From an uncultured Oscillospiraceae bacterium (lineage in GTDB: Bacteria > Bacillota > Clostridia > Christensenellales > CAG-138): a DNA stretch of 35,562 nucleotides. A program made the position numbers and the translations under genes. Location of the stretch: contig CAZZNN010000002.1 in assembly GCA_964655605.1 (NCBI GenBank), positions 1,172-36,733 on the forward strand, in the 5' to 3' direction. The notes beneath the pieces are model-generated. The model ran no database searches, was not told the DNA's origin, and saw nothing but the letters and a program-made list of their open reading frames with translations. The stretch's first letter is position 1. Each line of letters opens with the position of its first letter. Shown one piece after another: positions 1-8,284 of this stretch.

Positions 1-149
1 ACAACAAATATGAACGGCAGCACGCAAGCGGCGCAAAACACAATGAATACTATGTTTATCAGAGTCTGCGCCAAAGGGCTTACCGCTGTGAGCCGATTAT
101 ATTCGCGCACGGTTTCGCGCGATTTTTTGCCACGAGCCTGCTTTTTCAT
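1..149 (-). CDS. Carbohydrate ABC transporter permease, second membrane subunit (LplC/MalG-like). Only the 5' end is present; the gene continues past the window start.
   Basis: Not in the ORF track because it runs off the edge. ATG at 149-147 follows AGGAGG (reverse complement of 158-163). My translation is MKKQARGKKSRETVREYNRLTAVSPLAQTLINIVFIVFCAACVLPFIFV: a basic tail, then a TM helix ending in LPF. It starts 15 nt after the stop of the upstream permease. Confidence 0.7.
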   Translation of the reverse strand, partial: MKKQARGKKSRETVREYNRLTAVSPLAQTLINIVFIVFCAACVLPFIFV

Positions 150-164
150 TAGCGTTTCCTCCTA

Positions 165-1187
165 TTAAAACAAACTGCTCTCACGGTCGATCTTACGAAC
201 AAAGGCATTGGAGATTATGATGAATATAAAGCCGACGATATTCTGCAAAAAGCTGACAGCCGTCGAAAGTCCCATATTCATGGAGAGACCGTTTATGCCA
301 AGGCGATAGACCAACGTGTCAAGCGTCTCAGTAAACTCAGGCACGCGCCCTATCCCGCCGTCAAGCGGGAGCTGCCAGAACTGGCTTATATCGGAATTGA
401 ACACCTTGCCGATATTCATTATGAACAGCACAAGGATTATCGGGCGCAGATTAGGTATAGTGATCCTCCATATCTGCTGCCACTTGGTTGCGCCATCGAT
501 GGCAGACGCCTCGTACTGAGTGGAATCGATGCTGGTGATAGACGCCAGATACAGCACCGTTGAATAGCCCGTCATCTTCCATATAAACGAGATCATAATT
601 ATTACCGGCCATGGGGCGGCATCCGTATAAAAGTTGATATTGGCGGTATCGAGTATACCCTTTCCGTCCTGTAGGAAGGCCATGAAAAAATAGCTGGCGA
701 CGACCCACGATAGGAAATAAGGGAAAAACATAAGCGTCTGATAGGTTTTAGCAACAAATTTGCGGGTAATTTCATTTAGCATTATTGCAAAGGCAACCGC
801 GATAACGGTGCCGACTACAATATAAAATAGATTGTATAGAACCGTGTTGCGAATGGCGAACCAAGTTGTGGGGTTTTCAAAAAGTGCCTCAAAATTGGCC
901 AGCGACCATTGGCTTTTGGGGTTAACAAAAATATCCTCCAAATAGGTGTGCGTTCTTTGGAAAAAAGCGTCAGGCCCCTGAAAGGTTTTAAAAGCTATAG
1001 GTATTCCAAACATCGGAAGATACCGCAGCAGAATAAGCCAAATAGCGCCAGGCGTAACCATGGCGGTAAGCGCAAGAGTTCTTCGGTTCTTAACATACCA
1101 CTTGCTTATAGCCGGGAAGCATTTGGCGCCCGTTATCCATGCGCGTATTCTTAAAAATGGTCGGCGATCGTTCATGCTAGCTATCAT
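165..1187 (-). CDS. Carbohydrate ABC transporter permease, first membrane subunit (LplB/MalF-like)
   Basis: ORF 165..1382. The segment KNRRTLALTAMVTPGAIWLILLRYLPMFGIPIAFKTF is a typical LplB-type N-terminus, and the rest is a multi-TM body. The first 65 codons of the ORF do not look protein-like, so I place the start at ATG 1187 (MIASMNDRR); ATG 1175 is an alternative. The RBS is weak, so the start is uncertain. Confidence 0.8.
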   Translation of the reverse strand: MIASMNDRRPFLRIRAWITGAKCFPAISKWYVKNRRTLALTAMVTPGAIWLILLRYLPMFGIPIAFKTFQGPDAFFQRTHTYLEDIFVNPKSQWSLANFEALFENPTTWFAIRNTVLYNLFYIVVGTVIAVAFAIMLNEITRKFVAKTYQTLMFFPYFLSWVVASYFFMAFLQDGKGILDTANINFYTDAAPWPVIIMISFIWKMTGYSTVLYLASITSIDSTQYEASAIDGATKWQQIWRITIPNLRPIILVLFIMNIGKVFNSDISQFWQLPLDGGIGRVPEFTETLDTLVYRLGINGLSMNMGLSTAVSFLQNIVGFIFIIISNAFVRKIDRESSLF

Positions 1188-1389
1188 TCTTTCTATTTTA
1201 AAGTAGATACGAAGCACCCTGTGATTCGTAGGTTCACTGATCGTATTCACATTATAAGCGACAATTATTCTTCCGGTCATTGACCGTACTTGCGCTTTAT
1301 TGCGCCGGATTGTGTTAATTCCGGAAATAAAAATGCACCGCGCAAAAGCGATGCTTTTCAATATCGATGGGTATGATTTCAACGGAAAA

Positions 1390-2814
1390 TCAGGCTTCCA
1401 TCCATTCCCGCGCCGTCTGTGTAAACTGACGCACCAAAGCGTCCGCCTCGGCCTGGCTCTCCATTTCGGCGCATAGGCGCAAAAGCGGTTCTGTGCCTGA
1501 GAAGCGGGCGATTATCCAACCGCCGTTTTCAAAATACACCTTGCAGCCGTCCAAATATGACACCTTGCTTATGGAATATGTAAATTCCGGCAGGCACTTA
1601 TCCTCAAGCAGCTTTTTACGCACGCGCTGCTTTAGCTCAGAATTCATCACGAATTCCGCGTCCGCCGTATATACGCAGCCAAATCGGTTGGTAATCTCTT
1701 GATACAGCTCTGACAGGCTCTTTCCCGTTTTCGCCATCATTTCCGCCAGCAGAGCGGCGGCGTAAATGCCGTCCTTGCCCTTGATGTGCCCCTTGACCGT
1801 TAGACCGCCGGAGGACTCGCCGCCAATTATCGCGCCTGTCTCCTCCATTTTGGACGAAATGTGTTTAAAGCCCACCGGCACCTCATAGCAGGTTTCATCA
1901 AAGCCCGCGGCAACGCGATCCAGCAAATGGGTGGTGGAGCTGTTTCTCACCACAGGCCCGCGCAGCCCGCGATATTTCATCAAATAGTAATATAGAAGCA
2001 CCAATAAATGATTGGGGTGCACAAAACTGCCCTTATCGTCTATCACGCCAAGCCTGTCCGCATCGCCGTCCGTAGCGACGCCCAAGTCGCACTTGTTTTG
2101 CACCACAAACTCCTCAAGAGATTTTAGCGTGTCCACATTGGGCGCGGGCAGCCGACCGCCAAAGAGCGTGTCATGCCTGTCGTGAATGACCTCCACCTCG
2201 CAGCGCGCCGTCAAAAGAATAGTCCTAAGGCTGGTTTGTGACACGCCGTACATGGGGTCAAAGGCAATTTTCAGGTTCGCTTGCTTGATAGCCTCCACGT
2301 CGATAAGCGACAGTATACTGTCGATATACGCGTTTTGAGGATGTATCTCCGCCACAAGCCCGCGCTTTAAAGCATCTTCGTACAAAACGGTTTTTACATC
2401 CTCGCGCCGTACTTTATCTATATAGCTTTCAAGCTCGCGTGTCACGGTCTCCTGAGCGTCCCGTCCGCCCGATGTAAACAGCTTAACGCCATTATATATA
2501 GCCGGGTTGTGACTGGCGGTAATGGCAAGGCCGTAGTGCAATCCTTCACTTTTTACCGTAAACATGATAAGAGGCGTAGGCGCCTCCCTATCGAGCACGC
2601 GGCAGAAAATGTCATTTGCCGCGAACACCTCGGCAGCCCACTGGGCGGATTCCTTTGATAAAAATCGCCTGTCATAGCCAATGCAAAGCCCGCCGTCCAC
2701 TTCGTCACGCTCCTTCATCATGCGCGAAAGTCCTGTGCACAACAGTTGTAAATTCTCCTTGGTAAACTCATCGCCTATAATGGCGCGCCAGCCTCCGGTA
2801 CCAAACCTTATCAT
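1390..2814 (-). CDS. Alpha-D-phosphohexomutase (phosphoglucomutase/phosphomannomutase family); a hexose-1-P or GlcNAc-1-P mutase is plausible
   Basis: Motifs present: TASHNP (catalytic Ser loop), GVATDGDADR (Mg loop) and GGESSGG (sugar loop). The start MIRFGTGGWR at 2814 has GGAGGG 6 nt upstream and forms an ATGA overlap with the GH94 stop. Confidence 0.85.
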   Translation of the reverse strand: MIRFGTGGWRAIIGDEFTKENLQLLCTGLSRMMKERDEVDGGLCIGYDRRFLSKESAQWAAEVFAANDIFCRVLDREAPTPLIMFTVKSEGLHYGLAITASHNPAIYNGVKLFTSGGRDAQETVTRELESYIDKVRREDVKTVLYEDALKRGLVAEIHPQNAYIDSILSLIDVEAIKQANLKIAFDPMYGVSQTSLRTILLTARCEVEVIHDRHDTLFGGRLPAPNVDTLKSLEEFVVQNKCDLGVATDGDADRLGVIDDKGSFVHPNHLLVLLYYYLMKYRGLRGPVVRNSSTTHLLDRVAAGFDETCYEVPVGFKHISSKMEETGAIIGGESSGGLTVKGHIKGKDGIYAAALLAEMMAKTGKSLSELYQEITNRFGCVYTADAEFVMNSELKQRVRKKLLEDKCLPEFTYSISKVSYLDGCKVYFENGGWIIARFSGTEPLLRLCAEMESQAEADALVRQFTQTAREWMEA

Positions 2815-5207
2815 TGTTCCCTCCCCATTATCACCGTTACTTGGCAGCTTGCGCCCGCCTCGCATAACGGAATTTTACTTGCAACACACCCGTTTACCAT
2901 TAGCCTTGCAACGCCTTTTGATACTCTATCCGGGTTTTCTACGCTTATGCGATATTCTGCTCCGCGGAAATTGCGCGTTGCAGTAAAGCCCGACCAATTC
3001 TGAGGAATGCACGGCGAGACGGTGAGCCCGTCAAAGTCCGGACGAATGCCAAGTATATATTGCGTTGCCGCAAAGTACGACCACCCGGCGCTTCCCGTCA
3101 TAAAAGGATGCCGTGCGCGGCCAAAAGCGGTATGCGCGCTGCCCACCACAAACTGGCAGTAGCTATAGGGCTCCGCCTGCCGCACCTCGATTTTATCATT
3201 CTGATGGTAAGGGCAAAGGGCGTCATAGTATTCCATTGCCTGCGCCCCGCGTCCCAAAATGCACTCCGCTGCCCATGCCCAGGGATTCGGGTGTGAAAAG
3301 ATGGCGGCATTCTCCTTTAAGCCCGGATAGACCCTCGTTACAAAGCCAATTCCTGCATCAGGCTTCGTATAAGGCGGTGCGCACAATAATAGTCCGAATT
3401 TTGTTGAGAGATACTCCTTGACCGCGTTCATGCAAAGCTCACCCCGCTCACTCGAGGCCACACCTGAGAGTACCGCCCATGTGTTGCTTTCCAAATGCAC
3501 CTTGCCTTCTTCGTCTAAAGCCGTGCCTATTCTTCTGCCGTCCGCCGTAATGCCGCGTATATACCACTTTCCGTCCCACAATACTTTCTCGCACCGCTCG
3601 CGCACCGTCTTGGCCATAGCGCGATAGCGATCGGCGTCGGCCTGCTCGTGCATGTGCTCTGCTAATTCAATAAACTGCATAAGCGCCCAATGATGCAAAA
3701 AGCTTACCATAGCGCTTTCCCCGCCGCCAAGATTAAGGCAGTCGTTCCAATCGGCCCGCAAGCCCTTGGCAATGCCATTTTTCCCAACCTGCGCGGCGCT
3801 GAATTCCAGTATGCGCTTGAGGTGCTCGTAAACGCTTCCCTCACCGCCGTCGGCAAAGCCAATAACGGTTTGTAAAAACTCGTCGTCACCGGTTTCTTTT
3901 ACATAATTGACCACCGCGCCCACTAGCCATAAGGCATCGTCCGAGCAGGCATCCTCCGCGCTGTGTACAAAGCTCGACTGCTCCGGTTTTGGTATCACTG
4001 TTGGCGAGCGAAACGGCTTTTCCTGCTCCTGCTCAAACCAGCGCGGTTCAAAAAGATGAAGCCCGTAGCCTTGCGATGTAAGCGCCCGCAATAGCTGCTG
4101 CAATCTTAGTTTGCAGGCGGGGCCGTCGGCGTGAGGAATCGTCATGGCGTCCTGCGCCGTATCCCTATAGCCTAAGCCGGTGCGCCCGCCCACCTCAATA
4201 AATGATGAAAACCTTGAAAAGCGCACGTTTATCTCGCTTTGATAAAGCGTCCAGATATTAAGCAGCTCATCCATGCCCTTATCCGGCGTTTCAACCTGCA
4301 ACTGTTTTAAGCGTTTCTCCCAGAAAGCGGCGGTTTTATTATATTGCTCGTCCGCAAGGTTGACGTCTGCATACCTCTCCTTTGCATTACGTCCCGCGTC
4401 TATTCCTCCCTCTCCCAAAAGGAATAACAGCCGCACGGTCTCGCCGGCCTTCAAAACCAACTTTTTTTGCAATGCTCCGCAATGGTTGCCGCCCTTTTCA
4501 AAGCTGGAGGCGCACGTGCCTGCTTCAACCGCCACGGGATTTTTTTCCGTGCGATACGCGCCGATAAATGTATCGCGCAAGCAGTCAAAACCGTCCGGCT
4601 CGAAATTTGCGGTAAAGAATTGGTATCCTGTTTGCTCATAATAAAGATCATGCTCTATAACGCCGTCCTTATATCGGGAACCGGCGGCGTACAGGCTCAT
4701 TTGAAAGTTTTGATTATCCATTTGAATATGGTGGAAGGAAAACTCGCAATAGCCGAACACGCTTAACCGCTTTTCCGCGTCGGACGTGTTTGTAAGCGTC
4801 ACGTCCCATATCTCAAGCGGTTCGTCCGCCGCTACAGATAGCCGCTGCATAGCGCTTATCCCATTATAATCGCATTCATAAACGCTGTATGAAAGTCCGT
4901 GGCGGCAGCGGTATTTTGCCTGCTCCAAAGGCTTGCCGACGGGCTGCCACGAAACGCTCCAATATTCGCCGGTCTCATCGTCCCTCAGGTAGACGTAATG
5001 GCCTGGACTGTCCTGCGGCACGCCGTTTGCCCTAAAGCGCGTGATACGGTGATATTCCGGCGAACCGCAAAACAAATATCCGCCCGCCGTATGGTTGAAC
5101 ACGCCGCACATATCATTTAGCCCGATATAATTCGTCCATGATACGGGCAAGTCTACCCGGTCTATCACATACTCTTTAGCCTTTGTGTCAAAATATCCAT
5201 ATTGCAT
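2811..5207 (-). CDS. GH94 disaccharide phosphorylase (cellobiose / N,N'-diacetylchitobiose phosphorylase family)
   Basis: About 800 aa. The N-terminus MQYGYFDTKAKEYVIDRVDLPVSWTNYIG and the stretch GHYVYLRDDETGEYWSVSWQP match my memory of GH94 phosphorylases and look closest to the chitobiose-phosphorylase type. ATG 5207 is preceded by AAGGGGG. Confidence 0.8.
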   Translation of the reverse strand: MQYGYFDTKAKEYVIDRVDLPVSWTNYIGLNDMCGVFNHTAGGYLFCGSPEYHRITRFRANGVPQDSPGHYVYLRDDETGEYWSVSWQPVGKPLEQAKYRCRHGLSYSVYECDYNGISAMQRLSVAADEPLEIWDVTLTNTSDAEKRLSVFGYCEFSFHHIQMDNQNFQMSLYAAGSRYKDGVIEHDLYYEQTGYQFFTANFEPDGFDCLRDTFIGAYRTEKNPVAVEAGTCASSFEKGGNHCGALQKKLVLKAGETVRLLFLLGEGGIDAGRNAKERYADVNLADEQYNKTAAFWEKRLKQLQVETPDKGMDELLNIWTLYQSEINVRFSRFSSFIEVGGRTGLGYRDTAQDAMTIPHADGPACKLRLQQLLRALTSQGYGLHLFEPRWFEQEQEKPFRSPTVIPKPEQSSFVHSAEDACSDDALWLVGAVVNYVKETGDDEFLQTVIGFADGGEGSVYEHLKRILEFSAAQVGKNGIAKGLRADWNDCLNLGGGESAMVSFLHHWALMQFIELAEHMHEQADADRYRAMAKTVRERCEKVLWDGKWYIRGITADGRRIGTALDEEGKVHLESNTWAVLSGVASSERGELCMNAVKEYLSTKFGLLLCAPPYTKPDAGIGFVTRVYPGLKENAAIFSHPNPWAWAAECILGRGAQAMEYYDALCPYHQNDKIEVRQAEPYSYCQFVVGSAHTAFGRARHPFMTGSAGWSYFAATQYILGIRPDFDGLTVSPCIPQNWSGFTATRNFRGAEYRISVENPDRVSKGVARLMVNGCVASKIPLCEAGASCQVTVIMGREQ

Positions 5208-5242
5208 AAGGAACCCCCTTGCCAAACTAAATAATTAGCGAA

Positions 5243-5248
5243 ATTATA
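5243..5248 (-). promoter_or_regulatory. Candidate -10 box (TATAAT) for the GH94-mutase transcript, with no recognisable -35
   Basis: The minus strand reads ggatTATATAATttcgc about 35 nt upstream of ATG 5207, directly after the terminator hairpin. A missing -35 would fit an activator-dependent (YesN/AraC-type) promoter. Confidence 0.3.
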
Positions 5249-5259
5249 TAATCCAGTAT

Positions 5260-5302
5260 AAAACGCAGCCTGCGGCTTATCACATTGCCACGGCTGCGTT
5301 TT
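5260..5302 (-). terminator. Hairpin terminator after the response-regulator gene; symmetric and possibly bidirectional
   Basis: Perfect 11-bp stem: AAAACGCAGCC (5260-5270) pairs with GGCTGCGTTTT (5292-5302), with a 21-nt loop. On the minus strand the stem is followed by TTTTAT. Confidence 0.55.
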
Positions 5303-5328
5303 ATTGCTTCTGGTTGGCTTGTTTGGGT

Positions 5329-6075
5329 TCATTTTTTGAGTGAATTGCGGTATGCGTTGGCGCTCATGCCGGTCAAGTGCTTGAACACGCGCGAAAAGTG
5401 CGCAGTATCAGTATAACCCACGAGCTCGCATATTTCATTTACCCTTAGCTGTGGCTGCTTCAAAAGCTCCTTCGCCTTTTTGATGCGAATAGCGTTTTGA
5501 ATATCGTAAAAGCTTTGATTTGTATGGGTGTTGAGCAGCTTTGATAAATGCCATTGGGATACATAGCACTGTTCCGCCACCATAGCAAGGGACAGCTTCT
5601 GAGCATAGTTTTCTTCCATATATTCAAGCGCCCTGCGTACTACAAAGCTGTTAGCCGTATCCGCAGCGTCTAAATGGGCGTCGGGCTCGGCTGGCGGTTC
5701 CGCAGGCTCGGCTTGGGTGGCTGCCCAGAGCGCCTCGTCTATCTCGTCCATCTTAGAAGGTTTCAGCAAATATCTAAACACGCCCAGCCTAATAGCCTCC
5801 TGAGCGTAGTCAAACTCGCTATAGCCGGACAATACGATCACCCGCATATCCGGAAATTCGCTTTTCAAGCCCGCAACCATCGATAGCCCGTCTTTATTTG
5901 GCATACATATATCCGTAATTAGAATATCCGGCTTATATTTTCTGACTGCCGCTTCTCCGGACGCCGCATCAAAGGCCGCCGCCACTACCTGGCAGTTATA
6001 TTTTCCCCACGGCACTACCCTTGATAGACCGTCTACGATGACCTGTTCATCGTCTACCAATACCACCTGATGCAT
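5329..6075 (-). CDS. Response regulator, receiver domain plus AraC-type HTH (YesN-like)
   Basis: Receiver residues VLVDDE and DILITDICMP. The C-terminal AraC HTH reads SQWHLSKLL...VGYTDTAHFSRVFKHLTGMSANAYR. ATG 6075 (MHQVVLVDD) is preceded by GAAGGAGAG; the track start at 6090 is a TTG. Confidence 0.9.
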   Translation of the reverse strand: MHQVVLVDDEQVIVDGLSRVVPWGKYNCQVVAAAFDAASGEAAVRKYKPDILITDICMPNKDGLSMVAGLKSEFPDMRVIVLSGYSEFDYAQEAIRLGVFRYLLKPSKMDEIDEALWAATQAEPAEPPAEPDAHLDAADTANSFVVRRALEYMEENYAQKLSLAMVAEQCYVSQWHLSKLLNTHTNQSFYDIQNAIRIKKAKELLKQPQLRVNEICELVGYTDTAHFSRVFKHLTGMSANAYRNSLKK

Positions 6076-6099
6076 TATGCTCTCCTTCAAAACGCGGTC

Positions 6100-7383
6100 T
6101 CACCATTTATTCAGCTCCAGTGCTCCATTTATGGCTTCCTGAGCTGTAAGCTTGCCCATCACAACGTTTTTGATGTTTGAAAACAGCGCCTGTCTGGCCT
6201 TAGTTGTTAAGGCGTCCTGCGCGGCGGTAGTAATGCCCGTGGCATGCTCCATCATATATCGAGCGGCAATATCCAGTCCATCTGCGTTCACCGGCTCCTG
6301 GGGCGGCTCCTTTAACGCCGTTAACCCCGCAGTGCTAAACGTGCTTACGACCTCATCTTTTGTCATTGCGGTAATGAACGATACGCAGGCTTCCCGTTTG
6401 ACAGGATTATCCCATGCTGTGCGTGTAATGTAATAGCCCATAGAAAGACCGCCTATAATATCCGTTGTGCGGCGCTCCTTGGTGCCAGGCATATAAGTTA
6501 CGGTAATATCTGAAACGGAGGCATTCTGCCGGAACCACCCCACCTTCCAACTCCCGTCTATCATAAACGCGGCCTGTCCGTCGGCCAAAAGCTGATTTGT
6601 CTCGGCATCGGTTGCGGCAAAGGTGTTAGGAGGCAGGTAGCCCGCCTGATACAGCGATTTAATGTCCGCTATGCCCGCCGCCCACTTTTGCCCCACGGCG
6701 TCCGCCGCATACCGAGGCAACTGTGCGTGATTAGTTGTATTGCCGTGGTTTAGCACGGTAAATTCAAATAAATAATGCGGTATCTCATGCAGTGATACGG
6801 CTATAGGAATATATCCCGCCTCTTTAATTATCTCGCAGTCCGATAGAAAGCTTTCCCATGTATACGCTTCGTCCGGCACGGGAACGCCGCAGGCTTTTAG
6901 CACCTTTATATTTACATACAGCCCTTCCCAATACCCGTTTACGGGAACCGAATAATTCTTTCCGTCAAGCGGAGAGGCGCCAAGCATATCGTCTTTCATG
7001 TTGGAGGCATAGTCCGGATATTCCTTTCTAATTTCGTCTAAAGGAACTACCTTGCCTGCCTCAATCAGTTGGTTGGAATCCGCGCCGTTGAAATAGAAAA
7101 GCACATCAGGCTCTGCTCCCGCTTGAAAATCCGTCATCACCTTGGTTTTCCATTCCTCGTTGGCTACACCTGAATCATCTGTAACCTTTACGCCGGTTTC
7201 TTCTTCGTAGGCCGCCACGGCGGCCTCATAATTCGCACGGTTGCCATCATACCCGCCGTAGGAGGTTACCACTTTGATGACCACTTCCTCCGCCACATCG
7301 CACGGTGCGGCAGCCGGTGCGGCGCAGCATGTTAATATCAGCGTCAATAGAACAACCGCTATAAAAGCGACACAGCTTTTCAT
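6100..7383 (-). CDS. Extracellular solute-binding protein (ABC sugar-binding, family 1), probable lipoprotein
   Basis: Signal peptide with Cys (LTLILTCCAAP). Size and composition are typical of CUT1 binding proteins. The ATG forms an ATGA overlap with the deacetylase stop, and GGGGGA lies upstream. Confidence 0.85.
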   Translation of the reverse strand: MKSCVAFIAVVLLTLILTCCAAPAAAPCDVAEEVVIKVVTSYGGYDGNRANYEAAVAAYEEETGVKVTDDSGVANEEWKTKVMTDFQAGAEPDVLFYFNGADSNQLIEAGKVVPLDEIRKEYPDYASNMKDDMLGASPLDGKNYSVPVNGYWEGLYVNIKVLKACGVPVPDEAYTWESFLSDCEIIKEAGYIPIAVSLHEIPHYLFEFTVLNHGNTTNHAQLPRYAADAVGQKWAAGIADIKSLYQAGYLPPNTFAATDAETNQLLADGQAAFMIDGSWKVGWFRQNASVSDITVTYMPGTKERRTTDIIGGLSMGYYITRTAWDNPVKREACVSFITAMTKDEVVSTFSTAGLTALKEPPQEPVNADGLDIAARYMMEHATGITTAAQDALTTKARQALFSNIKNVVMGKLTAQEAINGALELNKW

Positions 7384-8234
7384 ATCATTCCCCCAACCTC
7401 GCTTAGCAGGGAAAACGCTTCTTTTTCAAAACGCTCAAGCTGCTGCTTCAAAAGCTCCGCAGGACTCATATCTGAATAAATCAGCTCTGTCATATCCATG
7501 CCAAATGCCACGGCGTTTATTGTATCAACAGAATGACTGGCTGCAAAAGTGGCGTTTGCAGCTCTCCGTCCGAGTATGGCCGCGTCATATCGTTTGCCGC
7601 CTGCTATCTGGCTGTCGAAACAGGCAGATATGCTTGCGGCAATGTTCGGGTGCGCTGAGGCGTCAAATGTTAACTTATCCTCCTTAGACAACCAATCCAA
7701 TGAGCGCCACACCTCCATGCCGTAAAGCGCTTCGGGCTGATATTGCTCCTTCACGGTTCTAAGCGCCGCAATAACCCTTAAACACACAGCCAAATGCGTG
7801 CCGTGGCTATCCGCAAGATTGTGCGTATAAATTGTTTGTGGGCGCATGGCGAGAAACAGCCTTGCCAATTCCTCAACAGTGGCCGCATTGCCCGGGTCCT
7901 TTACGGCGGCGCTTGAATAGCTAAGCTGTGCCACAAGCGAATATTCGCCTACCATGGCGGCGGCGTTCTGCTCCTTAATGCGCACGGAGATCATGTCGTC
8001 ACCGCTATAATCCGCATACACGCCGCTTCTTGGCGAACCCGCGCCATCGGTGAGAACCACGCCGGAAAACCATTTGTCAGGCTTTGAAAAACAGTCCGCT
8101 ACGCCATTGTATGCCATGAACTCAATATCGTCCTGATGGGCGCAAACGCACAGGTGCGTGGTGCGTTTGAGCGCTTCTTCCTCCGCTGCGCAGTCAGGAA
8201 TAAATAAAGTGGCGCCTTGATTAGTAAATTGCAT
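7380..8234 (-). CDS. PIG-L/LmbE-family (CE14-type) N-acetylglucosaminyl deacetylase
   Basis: AHQDD metal-binding motif (LCVCAHQDDIEF) and a later DSHGTH motif; no signal peptide. ATG 8234 (MQFTNQG) is preceded by GGAGGA. Confidence 0.75.
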   Translation of the reverse strand: MQFTNQGATLFIPDCAAEEEALKRTTHLCVCAHQDDIEFMAYNGVADCFSKPDKWFSGVVLTDGAGSPRSGVYADYSGDDMISVRIKEQNAAAMVGEYSLVAQLSYSSAAVKDPGNAATVEELARLFLAMRPQTIYTHNLADSHGTHLAVCLRVIAALRTVKEQYQPEALYGMEVWRSLDWLSKEDKLTFDASAHPNIAASISACFDSQIAGGKRYDAAILGRRAANATFAASHSVDTINAVAFGMDMTELIYSDMSPAELLKQQLERFEKEAFSLLSEVGGMI

Positions 8235-8284
8235 TATTCTATCCTCCATAGTTTTACTCGACCGTTAACAAGCACAAGCAGCCA

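Noticed and set aside
1390-2814. Possibility that this phosphohexomutase is the glmM missing from the cdaA operon
   Set aside because: The active-site loop reads TASHNPAIYNGVKLF, which is PGM/PMM-like. GlmM proteins carry the SASHNPxxDNGIK signature. The gene is also ATGA-coupled to the GH94 phosphorylase, which points to a catabolic sugar-1-P mutase. I cannot fully exclude it without a phylogeny.
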